From contig CAWGAA010000001.1 in NCBI GenBank assembly GCA_963820525.1, positions 2,336,001 to 2,400,000 of the forward strand: DNA of 64,000 nucleotides, given 5' to 3'. The notes beneath the pieces were generated by a model, which was not told the DNA's origin, made no database searches, and saw only the letters and a program-made list of their open reading frames with translations. Below, one piece after another: positions 9,816 through 19,026 of the stretch; position 1 is the stretch's first letter, and every line of letters starts with the position of its first letter. Source of the DNA: an uncultured Spirochaetota bacterium. Lineage in GTDB: Bacteria; Spirochaetota; Spirochaetia; SZUA-6; Fen-1364. The translations under genes were made by a program, and so were the position numbers.

Positions 9816-10925
9816 CTATGGGTACTGTTTCTTCAATCTTCCCAGCATCCCGAGGTATTCGAGGCCCGTTACGGGCTCATCCGGCTTGAAGCTCACGCCG
9901 TCGGGAAGATCCATGATCTCCCGCTCCACCACCCCCAAAGCAGCATCGAACCAGGGGGCATCACGGGGGATGTCCGAAACGGGGCTGACTGAGTATTTGA
10001 GGCTGTATTTTTCCAGAAGCTTCGGGTCCCTCTCCATGCGGGCCACGATTCCCCAGAGAAAGAAGGCCACCTGTTTCCTCGACACGGTCGAGTCGAGGGG
10101 GGCTTCCGGCTCGAGGAGGATTCCTGCCTGATCGAGGGCGGAAAGAACCGATTCCGCCGCCGGCGTGGGATTGGTCGAGAGAGCGGAGAGGAGGCGGGTT
10201 TCGGCAAAGACCCGCTCAACCATGGCGCGAACGGTAAGCTGCCCTTCGAGGGTCTGTGCCTGCTCGGGGGGCGTGATCGAGCCCGTGTCCCTGGCGGCTT
10301 GCGCCATGGAGAATGCCCGGTCGCGGTCTGCGGCATAGAGATCCCGATAGCGGGGATCCAGGCCCCGAAGCCCTTCATCCAGGTCCTGGGCAGCCTCCGC
10401 ATAGCGTCCCGCCCTGAAAAGCTCCTCGCCCCTCTCGCAGAGAATTCGGGATTTCTTCTCCGCCTTCTTCGCACCCAGCTCGAGGACGGCAAGGCGCTTC
10501 GCAGCATCCGCCTCCAGGCCGGCGCGAACGAGCCAGAGGCCCTCATCCGTGTCGGCGAGCACAGCGGCGGCATCGGCGAACCCCATGGCGGCAGGGCGAT
10601 CTTTGGCGAGCAGCGCCGCCTCGCCGCGCAGCGAGGCGCAGCGCGCCTGCACCCTGCGGTTCAAGCCGGGCTTTCCGGCAAATCTCGCGAGCTCAGCCTG
10701 GAGCGCCGCCAAGCCGGCAGCATCGGGAGCGAGCCGCAGATCGAGGAGGCGAAGCTCAAGGGAATCGAGGGCTGCCTGCTCCTGTTCTCCCGAGCTTTGC
10801 GCGATGAGGTCTGCGGGGCCGCTCTGGCATGAGGCGAGAGCGAGGAGGATGCCCGCGGCAAGCGATGCAAGGAGAGTGATCGCGCCAAGCGGCGCCTTTT
10901 GACAGCCGGAAACGCGGCGGGTCAT
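9816..10925 (-). CDS. Lipoprotein with TPR-like helices and a C-terminal SLH-like motif
   Basis: Lipobox LASC, TPR-like RGEELFRAGRYAEAAQDL, SLH-like SDIPRDAPWFDAALGVVEREIM...FKPDEPVT. Confidence 0.65.
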   Translation of the reverse strand: MTRRVSGCQKAPLGAITLLASLAAGILLALASCQSGPADLIAQSSGEQEQAALDSLELRLLDLRLAPDAAGLAALQAELARFAGKPGLNRRVQARCASLRGEAALLAKDRPAAMGFADAAAVLADTDEGLWLVRAGLEADAAKRLAVLELGAKKAEKKSRILCERGEELFRAGRYAEAAQDLDEGLRGLDPRYRDLYAADRDRAFSMAQAARDTGSITPPEQAQTLEGQLTVRAMVERVFAETRLLSALSTNPTPAAESVLSALDQAGILLEPEAPLDSTVSRKQVAFFLWGIVARMERDPKLLEKYSLKYSVSPVSDIPRDAPWFDAALGVVEREIMDLPDGVSFKPDEPVTGLEYLGMLGRLKKQYP

Positions 10926-13582
10926 TTGCCCCTTCCCATGGAATAACCGTAGATCTTCCCGTCGATCCCCGCCGTCAGGAAGTCAACGGCGCCGTCGCCG
11001 TTCACGTCGATCAGCTGGGGCCGCGACACGCCCTTCACGGGAAATCCGCCGAGGGGGCGCAGGGAAGCGTCGTATCCGCAGATAAAGGCCCCCGACCCGT
11101 AGAGGAGGAGGTCCTGGCGGCCGTTTCCGAAGAGGTCCGCGACCAGGATCCGGGCTTTCTTGCCGTCGAGGTCGGCCACGCTCGTCTGCCTGATGACGGC
11201 GCCGTCCAGCCCAATGATGCTCACGCCGCCGTCTTGTGAAAGCGTCACCAGGGCGGACGCCCCATCATCCAGACGGATCTGCTGCGGAGTGGCGTAATAG
11301 ACTCCCGGCAGCGAAAGGGGGAAAGGGGCGACGGGCTTTCCGGCGATGTCCCAGAGATGGAGCGAGCCCGCCTGGGTCATGAATGCGACGAGGTTCGACT
11401 CGCCCGCGTGGACGAACCGCGGAGAGCAGAATGAGATGCCGGAGGCATCGACGGGCCAGCCGGCGGCCTCGGTACCATCGAGGTCGGCGAGGTGCACCTT
11501 CGAGTCGAAGCTCTTCGGGAAAAATGCAAGCCGTCCCGGCGGGGAGTAGTCGGGCGGGGCAAAGAGGGGAGCCTCCAGCTTCTCCGGGAAAACGCTTCGC
11601 TCGCCATCCTCACCGATCAGAACGAGAGCCGAGTCCGCCTTTGAGTAGAGAGCGAGCTTTCCGCCGACGCACTTCGGGGGCATGGGGCCGGAGATCCCGG
11701 TTGCCATGGGAAAGGGAGGGTGAACCTTCAGGTCCGGGCCGAAGCGCCAGACCGTTCCCCCCGGAGAGACCGCCCAGACCGCGGCCATTGCCCCTCCGTC
11801 CTCTCCATCGGCGACGAGGGTCGAATCGGGCTCCAGCTTCTCCTCTCTGATCGGGGTCCCGTCGGCTTCAGCAAAAACGAGGGCGGATCCTTCCCGCAGC
11901 CAGGCAAGCGTCGTCCTGCTATTGTCACGGAAATGGAATGCAAGAACATCTGCCGACACCCCCCCATCGGGAGAAAGCGGGAACCCGGGCAGGAGCTTGA
12001 GGCCGAGCCGCTCGCCGTGCGCGGCCGAGAGCGCCACCCGCAGCCCCGCCGGGGTGGCGCGGACGGCGGCGACGCCGCGGCCATAGAGCCGCAGGACATC
12101 GGCAAGAAGCCCGGATCCGCGGATGAAGAACGGCTCGGTCCGTTCGATATCGTACCAGAGAAGGAGGGAGGCGTCCGAGGGAATGCCCTGGCTCAGCCTG
12201 GCGAACAGAGAAACATGGGCGAGATTATCCGCCGTGTCTCCTGCCTTGGCGACGGCAGCCAGATTCTGGGCGTCCAGTGAGAGAAAGAAATAGCCGCCGA
12301 GCGTGATGAAATACGGCTCGGGCACGTTCATGCCGATCGTGTCGAGAATGGTCTTCAGGTACCAGGGAATGGAGATCCGGTCGATACGAACCCCGTCGAG
12401 CACGAGTGAGCTGTCCTTGGTGGCCACGAGGGATTTGGTGATCTTGTCCATCGCGCGCTTGTACGCTCCCCTGTCGGCTATCCGCGCGAAGAAGACGGGA
12501 TCCCCCGACTCCTCGGCCATGAACGCGCCGATCTCGGCGCCCACCCAGGAAAAGAGAAGCTCGTCTATCCCCGCCCCTACCACGGTTCGCGCTCCCGAGT
12601 CGGCCCGAGTGTAGATCCCCTCCACGTCGGCGCCCTGGAATGCGGCGGCCAGGCGATACATGTCGGCAAGGGGGGCGACATTGGAAACCGACAGGAAGTA
12701 GGAGGAGGCGGGGACATAGCGGAGCACTCCGATCGGAGCGGGGTTCCTGGCGAGGGTCTGAGACAACTCCGGCATCGTGACCTCAAGGGGGAGATCCGCG
12801 CCGAGGGTCAGGCGGTCCGGCCCAAGCTCGACGTCGAGCATCGACTGGCCCGGGAGCTCCATTGAGTCGAGGAGCTTGGCCCCAATTCCGCTTCCCGAGA
12901 GAAGCTCCGAGGAAAGGCTTCGGGTGTCGGCCAGCACGCGGACCGCGCGGCCGCTTCGAAGCCGCACCCGGTCCAGAAGCTCGCGGCTCGCCCTGGCTGC
13001 GAGCCCGCTATCCGACGCCCGGCGCGCCAGGGCATCCTTGACGACGTCGGGATCCAGAGAGACGATCGCGATGTCGTTCATAAAAGCGGCGTGGATCGTG
13101 GTCTCCCCCGTCTTGTAGCGGTACATCGGAATTCCAGATTCGTTGAGGAAGCTGAAACCCTTGATATTGAGCACGGGGCCGACCAGGCGCGCCAGTGGCG
13201 TGAACATTCCGCGCCATCCCAGCGGCACAACCGCAAGAAGCTTGCGGTTCTGTAGGAGCATGATGTCGGCCTGCACGTCGAGGAGGTTGCGCAGGATCGG
13301 CGAGCGCGTGAGGGCCAGGCCGCGGGCGCTGGTCACGACTCGGCGGTACTGGGCGAGGTCGGGCCGTGCCAGGACCGCATCGGCAACCTCCAGGTTGAGC
13401 CACTCCTCGAAGATGCCGCGGATGGAAGGAACCTGGAGGTAGGCCATGTACTTGTCGGGGAGGAAGGCGGCGGGGTCCTCACGATGAGCCAGCCAGCGGA
13501 AAAAGAGCACCCCGATAGCCAGCACCATCGCGCAGAGGATTCCGAGCAAAACCTTGAGCAGAACGCTGAAGAATCTTTTCAT
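10922..13582 (-). CDS. Membrane-anchored protein with C-terminal FG-GAP/VCBS-like beta-propeller
   Basis: N-terminal TM; repeated 'GFPL/GWPV/GFPV' motifs and DxNGDGxxD (DVNGDGAVD); overlaps the downstream gene by 4 nt. Confidence 0.65.
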   Translation of the reverse strand: MKRFFSVLLKVLLGILCAMVLAIGVLFFRWLAHREDPAAFLPDKYMAYLQVPSIRGIFEEWLNLEVADAVLARPDLAQYRRVVTSARGLALTRSPILRNLLDVQADIMLLQNRKLLAVVPLGWRGMFTPLARLVGPVLNIKGFSFLNESGIPMYRYKTGETTIHAAFMNDIAIVSLDPDVVKDALARRASDSGLAARASRELLDRVRLRSGRAVRVLADTRSLSSELLSGSGIGAKLLDSMELPGQSMLDVELGPDRLTLGADLPLEVTMPELSQTLARNPAPIGVLRYVPASSYFLSVSNVAPLADMYRLAAAFQGADVEGIYTRADSGARTVVGAGIDELLFSWVGAEIGAFMAEESGDPVFFARIADRGAYKRAMDKITKSLVATKDSSLVLDGVRIDRISIPWYLKTILDTIGMNVPEPYFITLGGYFFLSLDAQNLAAVAKAGDTADNLAHVSLFARLSQGIPSDASLLLWYDIERTEPFFIRGSGLLADVLRLYGRGVAAVRATPAGLRVALSAAHGERLGLKLLPGFPLSPDGGVSADVLAFHFRDNSRTTLAWLREGSALVFAEADGTPIREEKLEPDSTLVADGEDGGAMAAVWAVSPGGTVWRFGPDLKVHPPFPMATGISGPMPPKCVGGKLALYSKADSALVLIGEDGERSVFPEKLEAPLFAPPDYSPPGRLAFFPKSFDSKVHLADLDGTEAAGWPVDASGISFCSPRFVHAGESNLVAFMTQAGSLHLWDIAGKPVAPFPLSLPGVYYATPQQIRLDDGASALVTLSQDGGVSIIGLDGAVIRQTSVADLDGKKARILVADLFGNGRQDLLLYGSGAFICGYDASLRPLGGFPVKGVSRPQLIDVNGDGAVDFLTAGIDGKIYGYSMGRGK

Positions 13583-13699
13583 GCTACCCCAACCTTCGCG
13601 GACAAAATAGCTTAAAAACAGCGGGGACGCAATCGGCTGAGGACAAGGACGGGGCGAAGAAGATTCGACTGGCTTCTAAAATGGTGGTTTTAGAAATCG

Positions 13700-13728
13700 T
13701 TGACAAATGCAATCTGATGATCTATAGT
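13700..13728 (+). promoter_or_regulatory. Sigma-70-type promoter
   Basis: TTGACA-N17-TATAGT upstream of 13789. Confidence 0.7.
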
Positions 13729-13788
13729 ATCTTATAATTATATAGGTGGGCGGCAAGAACATCTATTTAGAAAGAAAGGGAGGAATTT

Positions 13789-14124
13789 ATGAACAGAGCT
13801 ATCCTGAAAAAGATCGTTTACTTGGCGATCGCGCTTTCTTTTGTTGGGCTGATGATCGGGTGCAGTCTCAAGTCAGATGAAGAAGCAATCATAGGTAAGT
13901 GGGCATATGCGTATGTCATCGAGGCTTACAATTTCACATCAGATGGAAATGTAATTATAGCGGGTACCATACCAGGCACATGGACAATGGATACAGGATC
14001 GAAACATCTGACTATTACTCCTACAGGCGGCTCCAGCACCACCTACGACTATTCTTTCAGTTCAGATAAAAACACGCTTACACTTGACTCCGGATCCGGC
14101 GCAATGACTTTCACGAGAATGTAA
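13789..14124 (+). CDS. Small lipoprotein, lipocalin-like beta fold, low GC
   Basis: SD GGAGG; lipobox MIGC; 'IIGKW...Y.F..DG...GTW' pattern; visibly AT-richer than the flanks. Confidence 0.75.
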   Translation: MNRAILKKIVYLAIALSFVGLMIGCSLKSDEEAIIGKWAYAYVIEAYNFTSDGNVIIAGTIPGTWTMDTGSKHLTITPTGGSSTTYDYSFSSDKNTLTLDSGSGAMTFTRM

Positions 14125-14155
14125 CTGTTTTATCAACCCGGCTTGAATCTCGACG

Positions 14156-14186
14156 AAGGTGCGGCCGCACAGGCCGCCCTTTTTTT
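14156..14186 (+). terminator. Rho-independent terminator
   Basis: GCGGCC-gcaca-GGCCGC stem followed by a T7 run. Confidence 0.75.
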
Positions 14187-14207
14187 GCTCCTTGGCAGGC
14201 TCACCGC

Positions 14208-14242
14208 CAAAGAGAACGGCCGCCCCTTTCGGGGCGGCCGCC
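14208..14242 (-). terminator. Rho-independent terminator (minus strand)
   Basis: CGGCCGCCCC-GAAA-GGGGCGGCCG followed by TTCTCTTT on the minus strand. Confidence 0.7.
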
Positions 14243-14280
14243 TGGAATCCGCCGAAGCGGATCCCGACAGATTTGACTGT

Positions 14281-14328
14281 CTAGATGCCAAACCCCTCAA
14301 GGTCCGGCGATTGAGATTCGATTCCCAT
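14281..14328 (-). CDS. Putative 15-aa small peptide MGIESQSPDLEGFGI
   Basis: Full SD AAGGAGGT 5 nt before ATG; lies between two terminators. Confidence 0.4.
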   Translation of the reverse strand: MGIESQSPDLEGFGI

Positions 14329-14392
14329 TCTGCACCTCCTTTCCTTGCTGTTCGAAAGCGTGAACTTCCGTCCGCGGCCGGATTTTCGATAT

Positions 14393-14420
14393 GAAAAGAG
14401 CCACCCTGCCAGGGTGGCTC
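14393..14420 (-). terminator. Terminator of the FHA gene
   Basis: GAGCCACCC-tggca-GGGTGGCTC followed by TTTTC on the minus strand. Confidence 0.65.
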
Positions 14421-14444
14421 TCGTACCCCGATATCCGGTCCTTT

Positions 14445-14831
14445 CTACTTCTTCTCTATCTCTTCCTCGATATAGAATCGAAGGATCGTGTTTCCCAGGA
14501 CGATGCGGTCCCCGTAATGGAGTTGGGTCTTTCCCTTCAGCTGTTTCGAGTTGAGGTACGTCGAGTTCGTGGAGCCCAGGTCCTCGAGGAAGAACTCTCC
14601 CTTCTCGTCTATGCTGACGGAGCAGTGCTTCCGGCTTAAAAGCGGATCGGGTATGGCAAGATCGCACTCGTGGTGCCGCCCGACGATGACCCCGGAGCCG
14701 CCAACGACGCACGACTTTCCGAAGAAATCAGGCGAGAGAACCACCAGGAGGGCTTTCTTGCCCAAAAACCCGGCGGCCTTGAGCTTCCTGTGATCTTCGC
14801 TTAAAAGTGTTTTTTCGTTTTCGTCTGCCAT
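14445..14831 (-). CDS. FHA domain protein
   Basis: GR, SRKH and DLGSTNSTYLN...L..GD.I.LG FHA motifs. Confidence 0.9.
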   Translation of the reverse strand: MADENEKTLLSEDHRKLKAAGFLGKKALLVVLSPDFFGKSCVVGGSGVIVGRHHECDLAIPDPLLSRKHCSVSIDEKGEFFLEDLGSTNSTYLNSKQLKGKTQLHYGDRIVLGNTILRFYIEEEIEKK

Positions 14832-14855
14832 CGTGCCCCCGATCCTCCAAACGTG

Positions 14856-14884
14856 AGTATTCGTCCGGCTCTGCCTCCTGTCAA
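14856..14884 (-). promoter_or_regulatory. Sigma-70-type promoter of the FHA gene
   Basis: TTGACA-N17-AATACT on the minus strand. Confidence 0.55.
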
Positions 14885-14940
14885 GGCGCGGGTGGAGGGT
14901 CGCGACGTGGCCGCCGGACATTGGCGGCGCCGGGCCCGCT

Positions 14941-15798
14941 TCAGCCCGCGAAAATCCGCTCGAGAGCCTCTCGCATCACCCCGGCATCTACATCGACGCC
15001 GGTCCAGTACTTGATCCCGATCACCCCCTGCTCCACCAGCATCGCCAGACCGTCGATCACCCGGCATCCCCGCTCCGTGGCCGTGGAGATCAGGTGGGTG
15101 CGCGGAGGATTCGGGATGACGTCGGCCACCAGCATGCGCGAGGAAAGGGTGTCGAAATCGACATCGAGGCGCGCCGAAACGTCGGGAAAAAGGCCGATCG
15201 AGGTGGCATTGATCACGACGTCTGTCGAATCGGGAATGCTGTAGCGAGGCGTCCAGGCTGAAAGCTCGGCGGGAACCCTGAGCGCTGCCCCGAGCAGATC
15301 GACAAGTTCCCTCCCCCTGCTCTTCGTGCGATTGACAATGGTGATCGCCGCTGCCCCGGCCAGAGCGGCCTCCACGGAGATTGCCCGGGCCGCCCCCCCA
15401 GCGCCGAAGATCAGGAAGCGCTTTCCCTTGGGATCGATGCGTTCTCCGAGGGACTTGAGGAATCCCTTTCCGTCCGTGTTTTCGCCGATAAGCTTGTCCC
15501 CCCGCCGAACGACACAGTTGACGGCGCCCATGAGGGCCGCCGATTCGCCCAGACCGTCAAGGTGGCGGACAACCGCCACCTTGTGGGGGATGGTGCAGTT
15601 GAAGCCGGCAAAGCCCATGGCCCGGGCCCCGCGCACGGCGTCTTCGAGCCCTGCCGGGTCGACCTCAATGGTGAGATATCGCCAGTCGAGTGAATGATGC
15701 CGGTATGCGGCCTCGACCATGGCCTGAGTCGGGTTTTCCGCGACGGGCTTGCCGAACACCGCGGTAAGCTCCTGCTTGAAGCTCAATTGCTTTGCCAT
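14941..15798 (-). CDS. aroE: Shikimate dehydrogenase
   Basis: GFNCTIPHK, GAVNCV, GENTDGKGF, GAGGAARA and NATSIG motifs. Confidence 0.9.
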   Translation of the reverse strand: MAKQLSFKQELTAVFGKPVAENPTQAMVEAAYRHHSLDWRYLTIEVDPAGLEDAVRGARAMGFAGFNCTIPHKVAVVRHLDGLGESAALMGAVNCVVRRGDKLIGENTDGKGFLKSLGERIDPKGKRFLIFGAGGAARAISVEAALAGAAAITIVNRTKSRGRELVDLLGAALRVPAELSAWTPRYSIPDSTDVVINATSIGLFPDVSARLDVDFDTLSSRMLVADVIPNPPRTHLISTATERGCRVIDGLAMLVEQGVIGIKYWTGVDVDAGVMREALERIFAG

Positions 15799-15970
15799 GG
15801 CGCCCTCCGATGCCGCCATTCTACCCGGATTCGACGCGCGGTCAAAGAATTGGCATGGGCGAAGAGAACACCGGCCCGCTTCAAAAAGGTTTCAGATCCC
15901 CAGCGTGAGGACAGGCCGGTGTCACGGCTGGTTCGTCAGGGAGAGAGAGAGGATGAGGGGAAGCTCGGAA

Positions 15971-16552
15971 TCAGCCGGCTTTCTGGTATTCCGGCTCGTT
16001 TCCCGGCTTCCACTTGATGCTGCAGCCCATGCTGGGGCGCTGCTCGGCCGGCACGGCTTTTCCCGCGAGCACCGCGTCCAGGGCACGGCGAAGGTCCGTG
16101 CCCGTGATGGGCACGTTGTTTCCCGGCCTGCTGGAATCCATTTGTCCGCGATAGACGAGCTTCCTCTGCTTGTCGAAGAGGAAAAAGTCCGGCGTGCATG
16201 CGGCGCGGTACGCCTTGGCGATCTCCTGGATCTCGTCATAGAGGTAGGGGAAGGTGTATCCTGCGGCCTTCGCCTCCTTCGCCATCCCCTGAGGCCCATC
16301 CTCCGGATGGCTGGCCGGATCGTTGGCGCTGATCCCCACCACCGCCACGCCCTTGGCCTGGTACTCCTTGATGAGGCTCACCAGCGCTTTCTGCACGTGC
16401 TTCACGTACGGGCAGTGGTTGCACATGAAGATAACGAGGAGCGCCGGCGCCGTCTTGAAATCGCCCAGCGATACTGTCTTTCCGTGAACGTCGGGGAGCT
16501 TGAAAAATGGTGCGGGGGTGCCGAGGGAAATCATCGTCGATGTCGCCGCCAT
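15971..16552 (-). CDS. Thioredoxin-fold AhpC/TSA (Prx-like1) protein
   Basis: CNHCPYV, ACTPDFFLFD, YRGQMD, GCSIKW. Confidence 0.9.
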   Translation of the reverse strand: MAATSTMISLGTPAPFFKLPDVHGKTVSLGDFKTAPALLVIFMCNHCPYVKHVQKALVSLIKEYQAKGVAVVGISANDPASHPEDGPQGMAKEAKAAGYTFPYLYDEIQEIAKAYRAACTPDFFLFDKQRKLVYRGQMDSSRPGNNVPITGTDLRRALDAVLAGKAVPAEQRPSMGCSIKWKPGNEPEYQKAG

Positions 16553-16657
16553 GTCTTTCTCCTTCCTTTGAGATGCTCACATTCAGATTACTCACGCGCA
16601 ATGGGAAAGTCAAAAATCCAGGTGCCGTTTGCCCGCCATCGTTTCATTTCGGTACCT

Positions 16658-16942
16658 ATGAAGAGAATGTCGGCGCTCGCGCTGATCGCTTTGCGAGATG
16701 CAGTCCTACGACTACCAGCTCACCCCGGCGGAGAAGGATGCGCTGATCACGCTGATGCGGGACGGAGTGCGCCTGGTAAATGTCGCCTCCACCAACAAGA
16801 CGACGATCGACCCATCCTGAACAGCGGCCAGAACCTCGTGGCAGAGCTCAGTCACACCCAGGCTGAGGAGTTTCTCTCCAACCTGAGCAGGGCGACGACC
16901 GAGGGAGACGACTTCCAGAGGCAGGTCAAGCTGTTTCAGTAG
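16658..16942 (+). pseudogene. Degenerate or frameshifted hypothetical gene fragment
   Basis: Protein-like segments alternate between frames (MKRMSALALIA / QSYDYQLTPAEKDALITLMRDGVRLVN / ILNSGQNLVAELSH). Confidence 0.3.
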
Positions 16943-17057
16943 GGCGCGGGGATTCTCCGCGCATGATGCACCCGGGCCGCCGTTTCCGCGCGTGGCCTGC
17001 ACGGCCCTAAAAAATAGTGTTTGACTCGACCCCGCCTTCCCGGTTTATCGTGCTCGG

Positions 17058-17540
17058 ATGGAACCGAAATGGATGAAGAGCTCGAGATTCGAAAGGATCG
17101 GGAATTTCACCCTCAAGGGGCCCCGAAGCGCCGTGTTTCCACTCCTCTGCCCGGTGCTCGAGTACCAGTGGCTTCCCGGCTGGAAGTGCACGATGGCGTA
17201 CTCCGATTCCGGCATTGCTGAAAAGGATGCAATCTTTCATACTGTGGAAATGCTGGGAAGAAAAACGGTGTGGACCGCGATCACCTACCAGCCGGACACG
17301 TTCATCGAATACCTGATCGTGAGCGGCCGGGCGGCGGTGGTCCGCCTGAGCATCGCCCTGGAAAGCGGAGAGGGCGGGACGACCGCGGTCACCTGGCGGA
17401 TGCTCTTCACCGCGACTTCAATGCTCGGCCGCATAGCGTTGAGCAGAGCCTTTTCGGAAGAGAGTTTCATGAAGATGATGAACAAACGCGAAAACGAGCT
17501 GAACCATTTCCTGGAAAAGGGGAAGATGATCGATGCATGA
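17058..17540 (+). CDS. SRPBCC/START-like hypothetical protein
   Basis: 'VFPLLCPVLEYQWLPGW' motif and START-like length and pattern. Confidence 0.65.
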   Translation: MEPKWMKSSRFERIGNFTLKGPRSAVFPLLCPVLEYQWLPGWKCTMAYSDSGIAEKDAIFHTVEMLGRKTVWTAITYQPDTFIEYLIVSGRAAVVRLSIALESGEGGTTAVTWRMLFTATSMLGRIALSRAFSEESFMKMMNKRENELNHFLEKGKMIDA

Positions 17541-17570
17541 GCGCCAGCTTCTGGCGGAAGGATTGATCAC

Positions 17571-17693
17571 ATGGAAATCAGAAAGGCACGCCAAGCCGAC
17601 GCGGGAAAAATCTCGGACCTTCTTGGCCAGCTCGGGTATCCCCAAACCCAGGGCTTCATCTCGGAGAAGATCGCGCAGCTCTCCGCCCGATAA
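17571..17693 (+). pseudogene. Truncated GNAT acetyltransferase (N-terminal 40 aa only)
   Basis: MEIRKARQADAGKISDLLGQLGYP is a typical GNAT N-terminus, followed by an early TAA. Confidence 0.55.
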
Positions 17694-17788
17694 GCTATCT
17701 TTGCGTCGATGAGTCCGCCAGGGGCAATGGCGTCGGCCGAGAGCTGGAGTCGTTCTGCGCCCCGCGGCTCTGATCAAACACAGACGGG

Positions 17789-17818
17789 AAGAACACCCCG
17801 CTTTCGCGGGGTGTTCTT
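17789..17818 (-). terminator. Perfect 13-bp hairpin terminator after the OM-like gene
   Basis: AAGAACACCCCGC-GAAA-GCGGGGTGTTCTT on the minus strand. Confidence 0.75.
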
Positions 17819-17831
17819 ATGCCGGCACAGT

Positions 17832-18851
17832 TCAGAATGCAAAGGTGTAGGAAACCTTCAGCTGAGGTTCGAAGAATGGTGCGACGTTCTTGTCGTTTGC
17901 ATCCGATGCCGCATTTGAGTCGATCTTGTTGCACTTGAAATCGCCCTCCAGGTAGAGACCGCCGATCTTGTAGCTGACTCCCGGCGCGATCCACGTGTCG
18001 TGCCAGGGGGCGGCGGAGGTGTACTTCGTTGCAGTGGTGTAGGTGGAAACGCGGCTTGAGACGAATGCCCTCAGGCCGGTAACCCCTATGCCGCCGAAGT
18101 CGAAGCTCAGCTTGGGCTCGATGTAGAGGTAGAGGTCATCGGAGCCGTTTGCACCGCCGTTGGCGTAGTTGTCGTTGAAACAGAATGCGGCCTTGGCGTC
18201 CAGCTGCGCGGGTCCATAGACAAAGCTGAGCTGGGGCTTGACGTCGAAGAGGGTGAGAACGGGGGTGAAGCCGGTGTCGGCTTCGGCGCCCACCGTCAGG
18301 GCGGTGATGGTATCGAAGGCGAATTTGTAGCTCAGCTTCGCGTAGTTGGTGACCCAGAAGCTCTGGGTGTAGTCGGGGGTAGGAGAGTTGTTGAAGTAGC
18401 CATAGCTGTAGGGCTTGTAGGCATATTTCAGCTCATTGATGCCGCTTGCGTCTTGCGGAGAGAAAAACACGAGCGGGAAGCTCACCTTCGCATCCAAGCC
18501 GCCCGCCAACAGCTCGACCGAGGGCTCCACCTTGCCCGCCATCTGGAACTCGTAAGGGGCCGTAGCGCCTTGGTAGAGGCCGATCCAATCCTCGGCGTAC
18601 AAGCCATACTTCAGCGAAAATGAATCCATCTTTTGCGTGAGCGTGTAGCTCACGTAGGGCTGGACGTTCGGGGCATACTTGTCGGTCTGGTTGCCGTTCG
18701 CGGTAAAGCCGTTCCGGCCGTCCGCGTAGACGCGGGTCACGTCCGTCAAGTAGCCGCCAGTCCCGACCTCCAGCGAAGACTGGGCTGAGATCGAGGCTGC
18801 AGCGGCGGCTATGAACAAAAGGACAAGGAACATTGGCTTTGAGCTTCTCAT
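17832..18851 (-). CDS. Putative outer-membrane beta-barrel protein, candidate Pho-regulated porin
   Basis: SD AGGAGG, signal peptide, aromatic-rich alternating strands, C-terminal VSYTFAF; directly downstream of phoU. Confidence 0.6.
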   Translation of the reverse strand: MRSSKPMFLVLLFIAAAAASISAQSSLEVGTGGYLTDVTRVYADGRNGFTANGNQTDKYAPNVQPYVSYTLTQKMDSFSLKYGLYAEDWIGLYQGATAPYEFQMAGKVEPSVELLAGGLDAKVSFPLVFFSPQDASGINELKYAYKPYSYGYFNNSPTPDYTQSFWVTNYAKLSYKFAFDTITALTVGAEADTGFTPVLTLFDVKPQLSFVYGPAQLDAKAAFCFNDNYANGGANGSDDLYLYIEPKLSFDFGGIGVTGLRAFVSSRVSTYTTATKYTSAAPWHDTWIAPGVSYKIGGLYLEGDFKCNKIDSNAASDANDKNVAPFFEPQLKVSYTFAF

Positions 18852-18905
18852 CTTGAACTCCTCCTGGCTTACCTGAAGCCGACAGCTTCATTTCTCTCGC
18901 CAGGA

Positions 18906-18960
18906 ACGTTATGTATTCTTTGTTAGAGGTCGATGAAGAGTCCATGAATTCTCGATGAAG
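18906..18960 (-). promoter_or_regulatory. PHO-box-like array (five 11-bp units)
   Basis: Minus strand: cTTCATcgaga|aTTCATggact|cTTCATcgacc|tCTAACaaaga|aTACATaacgt. Confidence 0.6.
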
Positions 18961-19026
18961 TTGCGCCCTCGCGGACCGCTCGTGCTCACTCTCCCCAGCC
19001 ACGGGTTGCGGGCCCGCCGGCCGCGC

